NCBI RefSeq assembly: GCF_024521635.1 | Contig: NW_026250431.1 | Span: forward strand, 372,001 to 436,000 | Reading direction: 5' to 3' | From: Tricharina praecox | Lineage: Eukaryota | DNA: 64,000 bases | Part shown: positions 47,344 through 59,550 of the stretch, one piece after another | Position numbering within the stretch: position 1 is the stretch's first letter | Layout of the letters: every line of letters begins with the position of its first letter | Notes under the pieces: model-generated | Database searches by the model: none | The model's input: only the letters and a program-made list of their open reading frames with translations | Told to the model about the DNA's origin: nothing | Made by a program: the position numbers and the translations under genes

Positions 47344-48885
47344 ATGTCGCAACCCTCTCCACCTAAACCTTGGGAACTGAACGGTGCCGCCTCTGCCTGT
47401 ACGCACAAAACTTCCATCCTTCTCCTCGGCTTCTTCTCCTTTTTTCTCTCTTTAAACGCGAAGAAGCGAGCCGAGCTCCCCAAAAGCTAATCCAGCCCGA
47501 ACCAACACAGCCCTAATTATTCCGACAATGTCGACACCATCGCCCGGAGCCACTGCACCAACAGCTGCCGCCGCCATGTCGACCGCGACGACGAGTGGAC
47601 CGCCGGCCCTTCCGCAACGACCCGCCACCCTCGCGAACAACGCGCTCGGAGCCGGCGCGAGCCCCTATTCTTCGCTCCAGCGACCCGGCTACGGCGGACT
47701 CGGCGGCTACGGGTCCTATGGGGGTGTCGGCGCGATGGGAGGGATGGGTGGAATGGGAGCTTACTCCTCGCCGTACTCACGCTTCGGCGGTGGATTCGGC
47801 GGAGGGATGTACGGCGGCAGCGGATTCGGAATGGGCGCGGGCATGGGCGCGGGCATGGGCGGCTACGGAATGGGAGGCGGCATGGGCGACCCCAACGATC
47901 CGATGAGTCTCAGCCGGAACTTTGAGAATTCTACGGCCGCGACGTTCCAGATGATCGAGAGCATCGTCAGTGCGTTCGGAGGGTTCGCGCAGATGCTCGA
48001 GAGCACGTTCATGGCTACACACTCGTCCTTTTTCGGTATGCACACCCACACACACCTCGCTTTGTTTTGTTCTGTGTGATGCCGCTACCTGCCGGGGCAT
48101 GGCCGGGCAGGGTCATGTGGGAGACAGCAGCTAACGCCAAGTGCCAATCAATAGCTATGGTCAGGGTTGCCGAACAGTTCGGAAACCTCAAGAACACGCT
48201 TGGGTCGATTCTGGGCATCTTTACGATGCTGCGATGGGCACGCTCTCTCGTTGCCAAGGTCACAGGCAAGCCCCTGCCCGTCTCAGCCAGCGACCTGACA
48301 GCCGCAAACTTTGCGCACTTCGAAGGGCGCGCCGGGGCCCCGCGCCCCTCGAAGAAGCCATTCTTCTTCTTTGTCGCCGCCGTATTCGGACTTCCCTACC
48401 TGATGGGCAAGCTCATCCGCTCGCTCGCCGCCAAGCAGGAAGAGGAGGACAAGCGACGGATGGCCGAGAACCCCGCGGCCGCCGGAATGGACCCCAGCAA
48501 GCTGGAGTTCTGCCGCGTCATGTACGACTTCACCCCCGAGCAGAACAACGGCATCGAGCTCGAGGTCAAGAAGGGTGACTTGGTCGCCGTGCTGAGCAAG
48601 AGCGATCCCATGGGCAATCCCAGTCAGTGGTGGCGGTGCCGTGCCAGAGACGCCCGCGTCGGTTACCTGCCCAGCCCGTACCTCGAGGGCATCGTCAAGA
48701 AGGAACCCATCGCCGCAGTGAAACAGATCGATAATGGTCCTGTGGCGGCGGCGACGGCAGCAACGGCCCCCGCGAGTCGGACCGCCACTATGACGAGTGC
48801 AATCATGAAGCCGACAATCGCCGTCGACGGAAAGGCCGGGGATATCACTATCGAAAGTTTTCAGAAGAGCGGATTCAATTCGTGA
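47344..48885 (+). CDS. PEX13: Peroxisomal docking peroxin Pex13; 3 exons
   Basis: SPPKPWE start, PPALPQRP, YG/MG-rich region, TFQMIESIVSAFGGFAQMLESTFMATHSSFF/AMV, FGLPYLM and an SH3 domain (YDF...KGDLVAVL...WW...GYLPSPY); introns 47399-47510 (or -47495) and 48036-48154. Confidence 0.96.
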
Positions 48886-50091
48886 GGATGAGTGAGTGAG
48901 AGGTTGAATTGTGTTGAATCGTGTGTTTCAGTGACGTTCGTGTGTGCGTGCGTGCATGCGCGAGGAGTTTGGGAGGGTTCTTTTTCGTCGTCATGTCCAC
49001 TCTTATGCGCGCCGTGTTTTTCCTTATCTATATCTTTGGTTGTCGTTAATTTCTTGATTGTCTGTGTCATGTTTTTTTCCTTGTAGCCATTTGCTTTTGC
49101 TTTTTCTTTTGCCGTGCTGTATTGCGCTTCCAAGCTGATATTGTACATCCGTTAACTACTACTTATTTATTTCCTCTGGTATTGGATTCGTGTTGTGTTG
49201 TGTTTTGTAGAGAAAAATTTGGGATGATTATCTATGGTCATTGGTGCCGGCGGTCAATACAGGTGCTTTTATCGATTATCTCTGTACCCAGAAAGTTGAA
49301 ATTCGCATTGAAATTTGGAACAGCCGGAGCCACCAGAATAGCGTTGCCTACCAAATAGATAGACTTTCGACTTGCGATTTCAGTACGTGCTCTTTGCATC
49401 CATCACCAGTAATCATTAACGATTGGGATCACGATACCAGTGGACCAGTGATTGGACTGGGCGGGCTGGGAGTTGCGGCTGTGTCGGGCTGTGGAGGTGG
49501 TTGGTTGGTTGATTGATCAGCTGCCGTGCCCGCAAGTTCCCATTTAGCTGGAGAGCCTGGAATTGATGATTTTGATATTGCAGCTTCATGCGAGTGTATA
49601 TTTCTCGTAGGGATTGTTTTTGTTTTTGCTGTTGCTACTAGGTACCTCTACATTTCTCGGCCATGTTCTGGCACTCGATTCTTCCGTATGTACTTGCTTG
49701 TACTCTAATTGCTACTTGGTACCTACTCCATTCCTCGTCCTGATTTTCCAGGGGCGGGGGGCGGGGGAAGGGGATAGAAGGTGGGCAATCATATGATGAT
49801 CATCCCGGTGGATGAATCGCAGAGCGTACTAGGTAGTAAAGCATCATGGGGGTGACGAGTCTGTCCGTATTTTCGTGTTTTTCCTCGTGACGGGGTTCAA
49901 GACCAGAGACAGAGACCCTCTCATGTCTGTCGATAGGGCGTGTACCATCGCCATGTCCGAGGTTCTGGCTGGGACATCTTTCGTGCCTAGAGGAGGGACC
50001 TAACGAAATGGATCATGGGTGGAATTGCTGGGAAATTGGATGGGACGGGATGAACCTTTTCTCTTACATTCAGCTGGAGGGCTCTCCAGTT

Positions 50092-50490
50092 ACCATTCGG
50101 CTGACGTGTCCCCCATTTCCCATTCAACTTCGTGCCCTTCATTTCTGATTCTGATATAGCAGCTTCGGCTTCCCATTCAGCTTCGTGCCCTCCACGTCCG
50201 ATTCTACCATTGCATCTTCAACTTTTCATTCGGCTTCGTGTCTTCACTTCCCATTCAACTTCGTGCTCTCAACTTCGCATTCAGCTGTCGCACCTTCAAC
50301 TTCTTATTCAGCTGTTGGGCCTGGAATTTTACATTCAGCTGCCGTGCCTCCACTTCTGACCCTGCCATTGCATCTTTAACTTGCCATTCAGCTTCGTGCC
50401 CTCCAGTTCCCATTCAACTGCCATGCCCTGACTTCCGACCCTGCCATTGCACGTTCAACTTCCAATTCAGCTACCGTGCCCTCCACTTTC
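50092..50490. repeat. Array of about nine CCATTCA(G/A)CTTCGTGCC units
   Basis: Recurs near 50093, 50120, 50173, 50227, 50251, 50278, 50332, 50384, 50410 and 50462. Confidence 0.85.
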
Positions 50491-50724
50491 GTGTGCACCC
50501 CCGTATAGATCACAAATTCACCATCTCAACCCAAACACCCAGCTCGCCAGCATATGCCTCTGTCTATCCTCCGCCTCCGTCCCGATCGGTTTCCAGCTGC
50601 TTCCGTGCTGCTTAGGCATTAGTTTTGGCAAAAAATTGTCTCGATCCACTCGGTAAGGTCGGATTTGGTGAAAAAGTCGAAAAGCTTCGGTTAGCTCGAT
50701 CGAGCTGTAGATGTGTGTTATGAG

Positions 50725-51530
50725 TGACATACGGGGACACCTTGGGAGCTAATGTAGCAAGGACAGGTTGAGATTATGAGTGGACGACTACGGGGCGAAA
50801 TGTGGATCGGATAGAGAATGAGTGATCTTTCATGATGGTATTTTTCTGTGGTCGGGGGTTTGCTTTTAGAGATCCTTTTAATGATAACACATTAAGAGCT
50901 AACGTAGCAAGTTCAGGTGGAGATTATGGGTAGACAACCACGGGGCGAAATGTGGATCTGCTGAGATATGAGTGATATTTAGTGATGGCATGTTTTTTGG
51001 CCGGGGTTTGGTCCTTTAGAGTTCCTCTTTAGTCACGATCCGGGAGATAAGCGGCAAAGGGTGTCATAGCCGACATGCGGAGACGCTTTGGGAGCTAATG
51101 TAGCGAGAACAGGAACTACAGGTGGAGATCATGGCTAGACGACTGCGGGGCGAAATGTGGACCTGCTGAAGGATGAGTGATACTTAATGACCGTTTATTT
51201 TTCGGCCGGGTTTTGGTCCTCTAGAGCTCCTGTTCATGGCAGATTGGCTATATTAGGGCTCGAAATCATCCTCAGAAGATGGCGCGGTGTAGGTCTTTCT
51301 TGTCAGTTGGTGGCGGAGACAGAGAGCCTAGACACGCTAAAGTCACGATCCGGGGGGTTAAGCGGTGAAGGGCGGGATAACCGACATGCGGGGACATCTT
51401 AGGAGCTATTCTAGCAAGGGCAGGTTGAGCATTTTGGGGGACGACAATGGGTCTGCTGAGCTGGCGGGTGATTTGTCGTGATGCCGAGGTTTCTTAACCG
51501 GGATTTCGCCTTTAGAGCTCCCTTTATGGA
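50725..51530. repeat. Degenerate tandem repeat, 4 units of ~160-310 bp
   Basis: GAGCTAATGTAGCAAG..CAGGT.GAG at ~50746, 50896, 51092 and 51403; CGGGGCGAAATGTGGA at 50791, 50941 and 51146. Confidence 0.88.
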
Positions 51531-52761
51531 TGAGCGTCGCCATGATCCGGTGAGCCCAGACAGGCCGAAGTTACCATCTGGGGGATATGTACGGGGTAGA
51601 TATAAGGTAGGTAGATATGTACGATGTGGTCGGGTTCACCGTTCATGGTCGGGCTGGGTGCAGCTACTCTACTCTACTATTCGCTGATCCGAAGCTCTGG
51701 CACTAGAAGCACAGCTTACATAGATGCTCCCGTCGGTTTATCCGGTGATTTGGGGATATGTGCTTCAAGGGTGTACATCACGCACCCATTGGCTTTTGAT
51801 TTTGGCAAGGGTTTCCAGTTCCCAGTGGTAACGCAGCATCCAGCATCCAGCATCCAGCATCAAGCAGCCTGACAGCATTCCAGAATCCAGCGACACTGCT
51901 CGCACGACTGAGTTAACTAATAGTACAGCCTCAATGCGCGCTTTCCACAGCTCCCTCCGACACGCTCATACACGCGGACGCGCTCCCACTCACGATGTCC
52001 TACCCCAAATTCCAAACCGCGGTTCAGCCTGTGGGCCCGAGGCGGCGCGGGCGGTGGTGCGGCTGGCTCCTCGCGTTCTCGGTCAGGTAATTCGCCGTCG
52101 CCGCCGCGAACGAGACTGGGGAGCGGACGTATGCGCACGTCGCGAAGCTGGCAGAGGAGGTCGCGGTGCTACGCGTGTCGGTTCCGCTGTCGTCGGCGAC
52201 TTGGGCGTGGAGGAGTCGGTTTCTTCGGGGCCCGGGCTGGACGGAGGTGCTGGTCGGTGGGTGAAAGGCGAACAGAGGCTGGCTTGCTGACTCTCCGGGG
52301 TACAAGCTCGGGAGACCAGTGACCGGCACGACATGCTCTCCTCAGGACTCGCTCACCGGAAATCCTCCCACCCCGCCTCACGATAACCGTTTCGAACCGC
52401 GGTATGCAATGCAATGCAATGTAAATAGTTCAGATTCCCCGTCTAGGTACATGCTGACCGCAATCACAATCCGATGTGCCCATCCAGCCTGCCTCTCTGC
52501 ATCTCCAAATATCCAATCAGCCACCCGCGAGTCCTCCCACAATGATGGTTTACACCATGTCCACCATGTCCACCTGTCCACCGCCGTCACCGTCACTGCC
52601 ATGAATCATGAATAAACAAACAAACGCACAGAACTCCTGCGCATGCCACCGCCCATGTAATAAAAATAAAAATCAGAAACCAACCCTTCCCTTCCCTTCC
52701 CGCATCCTCATCCTCCTATATACACCCCTTCCGCCCCCATTCCCCCCCGTCCCCCGCCTAA

Positions 52762-52992
52762 TTACACTTCACTCATCTCGCTAACCCTTGTGCTCTCATC
52801 GCTGCTCCGATGGCCCCTGGCGTAGTGCCCTCCTTCGCCTTCGCCGCTGCCGCCGATGATCTTCCGGGGGTGCATCCTTCGCGAGCACCAGTGCAGCAGC
52901 GTGATGACGATCAGAAGGAAGAACACGCCCGCGACTGTGATGCCGATGATGATCCCCGTCGCCATCGACTGCGAGGGCTCTTTCATGGGCAT
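52762..52992 (-). CDS. Small single-pass membrane protein (76 aa), unknown function
   Basis: GCAAAAATG start after a CCA-rich leader; TM GIIIGITVAGVFFLLIVITLLHWC followed by basic SRR..PRK (positive-inside). Confidence 0.6.
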   Translation of the reverse strand: MPMKEPSQSMATGIIIGITVAGVFFLLIVITLLHWCSRRMHPRKIIGGSGEGEGGHYARGHRSSDESTRVSEMSEV

Positions 52993-54841
52993 TTTTGCGG
53001 TTTGGTGGGGTTGGGGTGGTGGTGGTGGTGGTGAAGGCGCGAGGTTGGATGCGTGGGCTGGAGGGAGCGCAGAGGGAGGTTTGCTGTGAGGTGGTGCGTG
53101 AACGGCGGTGGGAACGCGGACGGGAGTGAACGGCGCTGGGTGAGCCGGCGGGTGAGGAAATACGTGGAGGCGGGCAAACAGGCGGGGAGTGGTAGAGCTG
53201 GTGATAGCTATGTAGGTATCCAATCGGCAGTTCGTCTTCCTCTCAGCGGGCAGAATGGGCTCGTCCGTTCGTTCAGTGTGGGTGTTGATCTATGGTTCGA
53301 TGATGGTATCTATGTCGTAATTCGTGCTTTTTCGTTCGTTCGTATCAGCCAGTGTATCTGTCTGTTCGGCCAGTGAAGAGTGTGGGTATCGTGATTCGTA
53401 AAGCGTCCTTTGTTCGTGCAGAGAAGAGAAAGAAAAAAAACAACCTCAGATAAATACCGTAGATAGATACCATGAGCGTACTGTCTGGATTTAAAGCTCC
53501 TCTCTCCCCGGTCCCTCCCCCGCCTCCCTCCTCCCCCACGCGTAACGCACAGATGGCATTACTCCATACCGGCTACCGTTTTCTCGATCCCATCCTGGAT
53601 GGAGTTTCCCAGCCACGTCTTGAGGTGGCCGACGGGTGGTGGCGTCGCGGTGGGGGTGGTCGCGGTAGTGGGGCGAGGCGGGCTAGCTCTGAGCTTATGT
53701 ACGCTACCGAGAGGACTGCCCGCCTGCCCGCGACCATTGCCGGCGCTGACGGCCAGTACCGGTACTCTGTGTAGATGTCCATGTCTTCACCGCCATCACT
53801 CGCCTCAAACAGCCGGCCGGTAGATGTATGCCACTAGTTAACTGTGTTCCTCGCCACCACCGTCAGCGAGCTGGAACCAAAGATCCAAGGACCACCCCCC
53901 GCAAAACAGGGTCCGGGGCGTCACGGTACCGGTACCTACAGAGGTCAGGGGAGTTTATTTGTACAGCGCCGTTCCCGCCATACATAGTTGCCCTTCCACA
54001 TCATATGTTTCTCAACGGAGAGACTAGTCCGCCCTTCCCTCCCCTTCCCTCCCCTTCCCTCCCCTTCCCTTCGATTCCATCCCTTCCTCGCCGAAACTTT
54101 CCATTGTCCTCACATCGGTCTATGTTTCCATCCTTCATCCTCCCGCCTCCCGTGGGCGTGGGCCGAGAAAGGGGCCAAGTTCCAACCAATCGCCGCCGGC
54201 CACAAAGCCGTCGTCGTGAGTGCACGAACCTCCCACCCACCACCCACCACACCCCATGCAGGGGTGCTAGGTAGTTAGTTAGTCAGGCACCGACCCGCTT
54301 GGTGCATTGGTGTTTTGGGATTAGTCTTTGAGTATAGCAGGGTGAGATGAAAGTGAGACGTGGTGAGGCTGGTTACATAACTACCTGGTAGCAATTCGGG
54401 ATTTGGGGGGTGAGGCTTCGGATGGATGCTGGGCGGGGGACGGTTCGCATTGGCTCACTGGGTGACGGGACGAACGGGTTGGGCGAGACCGGCGAATAAC
54501 CAGGGTACAGTGACCGACGGGGGAGACCGGCGAGTGGATTGGGGGACCGGCAAGCGAGGCCGGTGGAAGGTGGAAGGGCTCGGGGGAGGCGTGATGGCCC
54601 GATGGGGCTTTAGTGGAGTGTCTACTTGCGGAGCGCGCGGGGGGGGAGGGGTTGAGTATGGACGGTTCTTAACGCTGGACAACTCCGTGGTCGTCAATGA
54701 GGAGAATTGGGGTGTATTTCTGTGTCCCACAGCAGTAGCAATAGCAATGGCAGTAGTTGGTATAGAAGTGGCAATATTTTCGCGTCTATCGTTCCATCTC
54801 CACCTGGTATTTCCACGCAACAGCATACCGCCATTGCACGA

Positions 54842-55260
54842 TCACTCAAGGCTCGCCAGATCCTCCAGCCCCCCTGCGCCCGAGAACCCCTCCGTCTTGT
54901 TCACGCTCCGATCCCTGATTTCGACGCCCGGCCCCGCCGGTCTACTCCCGGTGCCCAACCTATGCAGCGGGAATATCTACACCACCGCACCACATCAGCC
55001 CTCCCGAATCCCTTCCCCCACCAGTGCGGAGAACAAACCCTCGTAGTACCCCACCCCCATCTGAACGCGAGCTCGTGTGCAAATAGCTCTCCGAAACCCA
55101 ACATCAGCCCGTTGATGAACGGCAGCACGAGGTTTATGGCGGCCGTGCGGAGGAGCGAGACGGCAGTCGGTGGCTTGTAGAGAATCAGTGGCGACGCCGG
55201 GCGCTCGTCCGGGACGGACGCGTTCTCGTCAGTCAGTGAGATCGCGGAGGGGGAGGCCAT
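54842..55260 (-). CDS. MIM1: Mitochondrial outer-membrane insertase Mim1/Tom13; exons 55260-55039 and 54976-54842
   Basis: AAINLVLPFINGLMLGFGELFAHELAFRWGW signature; intron 55038-54977 gives TR/IFP. Confidence 0.93.
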
Positions 55261-55731
55261 CGCTGTGGTGGTGTTGTTATTGCGGGGTGGTGGTGGCAGT
55301 CGGTGACTCGGTGGTGGAGGTGCTGGTGGGGGAGGATTGACGTAGTTGGGCTCTTGCGTATTCGCGGCGGCGCCATTCAAGCCTGGCCCAACCCAACCCC
55401 ACCTCCTTCGATCTGTGGCTCGGTCGCTTCTCGATCAATGAACAATGGCTGAGCCACCGGTTGTGGCTGGGATGCTTGTGGCGCCGAAAAGTCTTGTTTA
55501 TCCGTGATGACTCAGCCCTCAGCTCGGCCAATAGAACGGCGACAAAGCCCCGAGTTGCAGCAGGGAAAGGACAGACTGTCGGCACCGTGGGATAGGGTTG
55601 CAAGGGGTGCTGGCATGGTGGAGCATGGCTTCGCGGTAACAGCTATCATCTACAGCACCATAGCTACAACCAAACCTCCGCAACCTACAGCAGTTCCCTC
55701 TTACACCCACAGCAGCAACAGAAACGGCAAG

Positions 55732-56789
55732 ATGGCGCGCACCTCCCCCCACACGTCCTTCGAGACTCCCGCAGTCGTCGCAAAGAACCTTTCCCGACTA
55801 CTCACGCGACTGGACCAGAAGCTCGGGAGCACGCCTCGTGCGCCCAGCGCCGTCGAGCGCGCAAAGATTGCGGCCGTACGCTCCTCGTCAACCCCCCCTC
55901 CCAATCCGTTCTGACAGTACGAAAGAACCTAGAATATGCGCGGCGGCTGCTACACACGCTCGAGGCCGACAGCGCCACCATCAGCTTTGCCGCGCGGCGA
56001 CAAAAGAGCCTTGTAGAGCTTGGAACACAGAAGCAGGCGATTCGACGGCTGAATGAACGGTTACAGACGGCGGCGGCGGAGGTGGAGGAGGTGGATGCTG
56101 AGGATGCTGAGGAGGAGGGCGTCGAGGTGCCCGTGGAAGATGCTACAGAGGACCTCTCCGATGACGATTATGCTTCGCTCAAGAAGACGAAGGCGAAGCC
56201 GCAGCCTGCGGCTGAGGTTACGGCTGCTCCTACATCCATGCCAGCTACAGCTACGGGAACAACAACGTTGAAACCGCAACCAACCTCCACCACACCGGAG
56301 CTCCGCAACCGGAAGACTACAGCCGCAACGCAGCGAGACGAGCTCTTTGGCGCGTCAGCGACGACAACAGGCGCAAAGCACAGGGGGAAGGTAGAGAAGG
56401 CATCAGAAGCGGCCGGGACGGAAGTGCTACTGGACATGCAGCGCAGCGAGCAAGAAAATATCACCGAGGATCTACTGCAGATGGCGAAGCTGCTGAAGGA
56501 GAGCAGTCTCTCGTTCGGTGCGCACTTGGAGACCGAGAAGGGATATCTTGATGCTGCTAAGGAGGGACTGGACCGCAATGCTGCTGGGATGACGACCGCG
56601 GGGAGCAATATGGACTCGCTGCGCAAGAATGATAATGTCTCTTTCATCTGGAGCTTGATCTATATGGCGATGATCGTGGTTTTGGTAAGTAGGACGGCGA
56701 GGGTGATGGAGAGATGCTAATTGGGCCCCATCTAGGTGTTTCTGACGCTGTTCATATTGTTCTTTGCGCCAAAGCTGCGGTGGTGGTAG
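55732..56789 (+). CDS. USE1: ER SNARE Use1/Slt1; exons 55732-55875, 55926-56684, 56736-56789
   Basis: NLSRLLTRL...ERAKIAA/NLEYARRLL..LE; SNARE helix QRSEQENITEDLLQMAKLLKESSL.F..LE.EK; C-terminal TM ending FAPKLRWW*. Confidence 0.85.
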
Positions 56790-57831
56790 TTTTCTGTTGG
56801 AATGGAAATTGCTTGTGCGCGTGCGAGGTAGAGTAAGGGAGCATGGCTACAGTGCGCATCGTTTGTTCAGCCTGGTGAAGAACTTGAGAGCATGGACCCA
56901 AAGTCAGAGATGACCAGTCCTTCCGTGTAGGAAGGCGGGCGTGGGCAGGAGTGTATCCAGACCACATCAACCACTTTTGTTGGAAGGACTGTAGCATAGC
57001 TCTCAACTAGACAGCCAATCACAGTATCCATGAGTGGAATTCCGGTGGTCCTATTACTTCTGCTCGGCTGTTTTGGATCCTTTTATCATCCCATCTAGAC
57101 ATCCACAAACTTCGCACAGACCTTACTTTGTTTGATCATCATATATAGAATGATAGCATCCGACATCAGCAGATCATGGCTGTCACGGAATCGGTTCCCG
57201 CTCACTTTCCGACTCGATGTGAGTTTCGTATGTTCCCACCTGACTAGTCCCTAGTCTCATCGGTACTGCACCTAGGAGAGTAAGAGAACCCGAACAAAGG
57301 TAGAAAGAACAAACCAAAGGTCTATTCTCCGCAGTTCTGCCAGCTGTCTTTGGCTGGTCTGCCGAAAGCTTTAAGCTACTGCCAACGCCCCTGTTACCCT
57401 GTCTGCGTCACGTGGCTGGTGAGGATCGTCATTCTCCGGTGGCAAGAATCATCAGATCCCGGATCCACCCCCACTTGGCGCAGAAGTGGCGGATTCACGC
57501 CACACCCAACACAAGCCCCAGACCCAGTACCCAGTACCCAGTACCCAACACTTCTGCCCCATGACGGCAGCGATACCTCAACATTGCACGCACCACCACC
57601 CAAGTTCCACCCAACTCCTCTCACCTCCTCAAATAACTCCACCACAACAACCTTCAAGAGCCAGCCAGACAAACAGTCCCCCCCCCTCATCCAAGTGCTC
57701 CAAGTAACCTAATCCCAAGCTACGAGACAAGACAAGACAAACAAAAACAGACAGCAAAGAACACAGGACGCGCACAGCCACTTACGCCCGCACGCACGCA
57801 CGCCCTCACGCCCACAACCCACCCACCCACC

Positions 57832-58728
57832 ATGGCGCCAGACCAAACCAAGGATAAAGACTCTGCAGGCACAGGCACAGTCGGCGCCGTCGCCGTTGCT
57901 GTCCCCCCAAAGCGCGAACCGTTCTTTGACACCGTCCGCCGCATCAGCGATTACCAGATTTCAACCCTGCTGCATTCGCTGATCGGCCTCCCGAGCTCTC
58001 TGTCGCCGCCGCAGAACTCGGGATGGCTCGACGACTCGGATCTGACCGCTGTTGACGGGCGCGACGAGATGCTGCCGCGTCCTAAGACCGTGCGCTCCGG
58101 CTCCGACAGCATCGTCGATGAGGTGCGGAAGCTGAGGGATGACGAGGAGAGGAAGGGAGGTAGTGGTAGTGGTAGTGGGGGGATGGGCATAGGACCAGCG
58201 ATCTCGCGTGCTGCTACCAGTACAGGTGCCTCCGCCGCCGCCGCCGGTAACAGTGGTGGTGGTGGTGGTGGGGGTGGTGACTCGGCCAAGAGGGAGATGG
58301 CCATGCTGCCGGAGAGCTTCTTTGTTCCGTCGCCGGCGAGTATGCTCCGTGGATTCGAGGAGCTGCATAAGGAGCTGTTCCGGCCGTTTCTCGCAGACAG
58401 ATCGTATTCTGCTAGTGCTCCTGCCGGCTCGTCGTCGGCGACTACTACCGAACTCGACTACTACAAGTTCTTCGACCAGCAGTATCGGTATCCGCCGTCT
58501 GGTGGTGGTGGTGGTGGCGGTGGTGGTGGCGCGAGCGAAGGAAAGATCGTGGTCGAGAGGGTCTCGGAGGTCCGATCCGCCACGGGATCCGACGGAGTGA
58601 CGCGAACCACACAGATCGAGGTGAAGCGGTATTCCGACGGGACCGAGGAACGGAGGGAGATGCAGAAGTCGATCTTGCCGCGTGATGGCGGTGGTGGCGG
58701 GGAAAGGATTAGGGAGATCACCGAGTGA
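57832..58728 (+). CDS. Hypothetical protein (298 aa) with Gly-rich linkers
   Basis: CCACCATGG start, GC3-rich codons, intronless; motifs ISTLLHSLIGLPS, TTELDYY and VKRYSDGTEERRE look like a conserved fungal protein, possibly MPM1-like. Confidence 0.7.
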   Translation: MAPDQTKDKDSAGTGTVGAVAVAVPPKREPFFDTVRRISDYQISTLLHSLIGLPSSLSPPQNSGWLDDSDLTAVDGRDEMLPRPKTVRSGSDSIVDEVRKLRDDEERKGGSGSGSGGMGIGPAISRAATSTGASAAAAGNSGGGGGGGGDSAKREMAMLPESFFVPSPASMLRGFEELHKELFRPFLADRSYSASAPAGSSSATTTELDYYKFFDQQYRYPPSGGGGGGGGGGASEGKIVVERVSEVRSATGSDGVTRTTQIEVKRYSDGTEERREMQKSILPRDGGGGGERIREITE

Positions 58729-59361
58729 TCGTTTGGCTTCTTCGTTTTCCTTTTTCTCACGGTTCTCTTACATTCTTCTATTTTTTCTTGGAATTTTGCT
58801 TTCCGTTTCTGCTTCTACTTGATAGGCGTTTTTTCTTCCGAACACTCATTGTGGAGTGCGGGTTTCGATTTTTTCGATATCGGGTTGCTATGGATTGCCG
58901 ATTGCAATGGCCGGTTGGGTCACGAATCGATTCAATAGGTCTGGCTGTTTGGTACGGTGTTTTGATTTCAGTTGGATTACTAGGTGCTGTTATACAAATA
59001 TGGAGATTTATACTGATGTTTACGATCACGGCCAGTCCATTCCGAAAGTCGTGGTGCTGCGGAATCCCCAGGAGGAAGCAATCATGTCGAGCCCCGAGAT
59101 CTCCCATCATGAACTTTTCAACTCTCACTCCTGATCTCTTTAACTCACTCGCTCGCGAACCCTTCTTCAACTGACTCGGTCATGAACCCTTCAATATTCT
59201 CACTCACGGATAAATAGCGCTGTCCACCACCTCCTCTCTCCCGAGTCCGGATGACTTGCATCACCATCGCAAACGTCAACGATACATCGAACTCACTCAG
59301 CACACTCAACAAACTCATCACAACCAATTCACTCACACTTTAACATCCGACTGCAATCGAA

Positions 59362-59550
59362 ATGCCGCGCTCGCTAGCAAAAGCACACTACCACTGGCTC
59401 TGTTCGCAGTGCAGAACAGAAAACATCCAGCTGCAAGACGCGCACCCCAACAGTCTGTGGTGTAGAGGCTGCAAGGTGTTGATGCCCTGCTTCGCACCGG
59501 GGAGCTTTACCGGTTTGTGTTTCCAGACGTGTAAGTATTATGATGTTTAG
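59362..59550 (+). CDS. Candidate 62-aa Cys-rich zinc-ribbon microprotein
   Basis: WLCSQCRTEN-x12-CRGC plus C-x9-CFQTC; TATA-like GATAAATA at ~59210 and an ACTCA-rich leader upstream. Confidence 0.5.
   Translation: MPRSLAKAHYHWLCSQCRTENIQLQDAHPNSLWCRGCKVLMPCFAPGSFTGLCFQTCKYYDV

Noticed and set aside
292..56789. Functional cluster of ER genes (SEC12, PGA2, DPM2, DDRGK-like, thioredoxin-SelK, USE1)
   Set aside because: They are spread over 56 kb among unrelated genes; chance cannot be excluded without synteny data.
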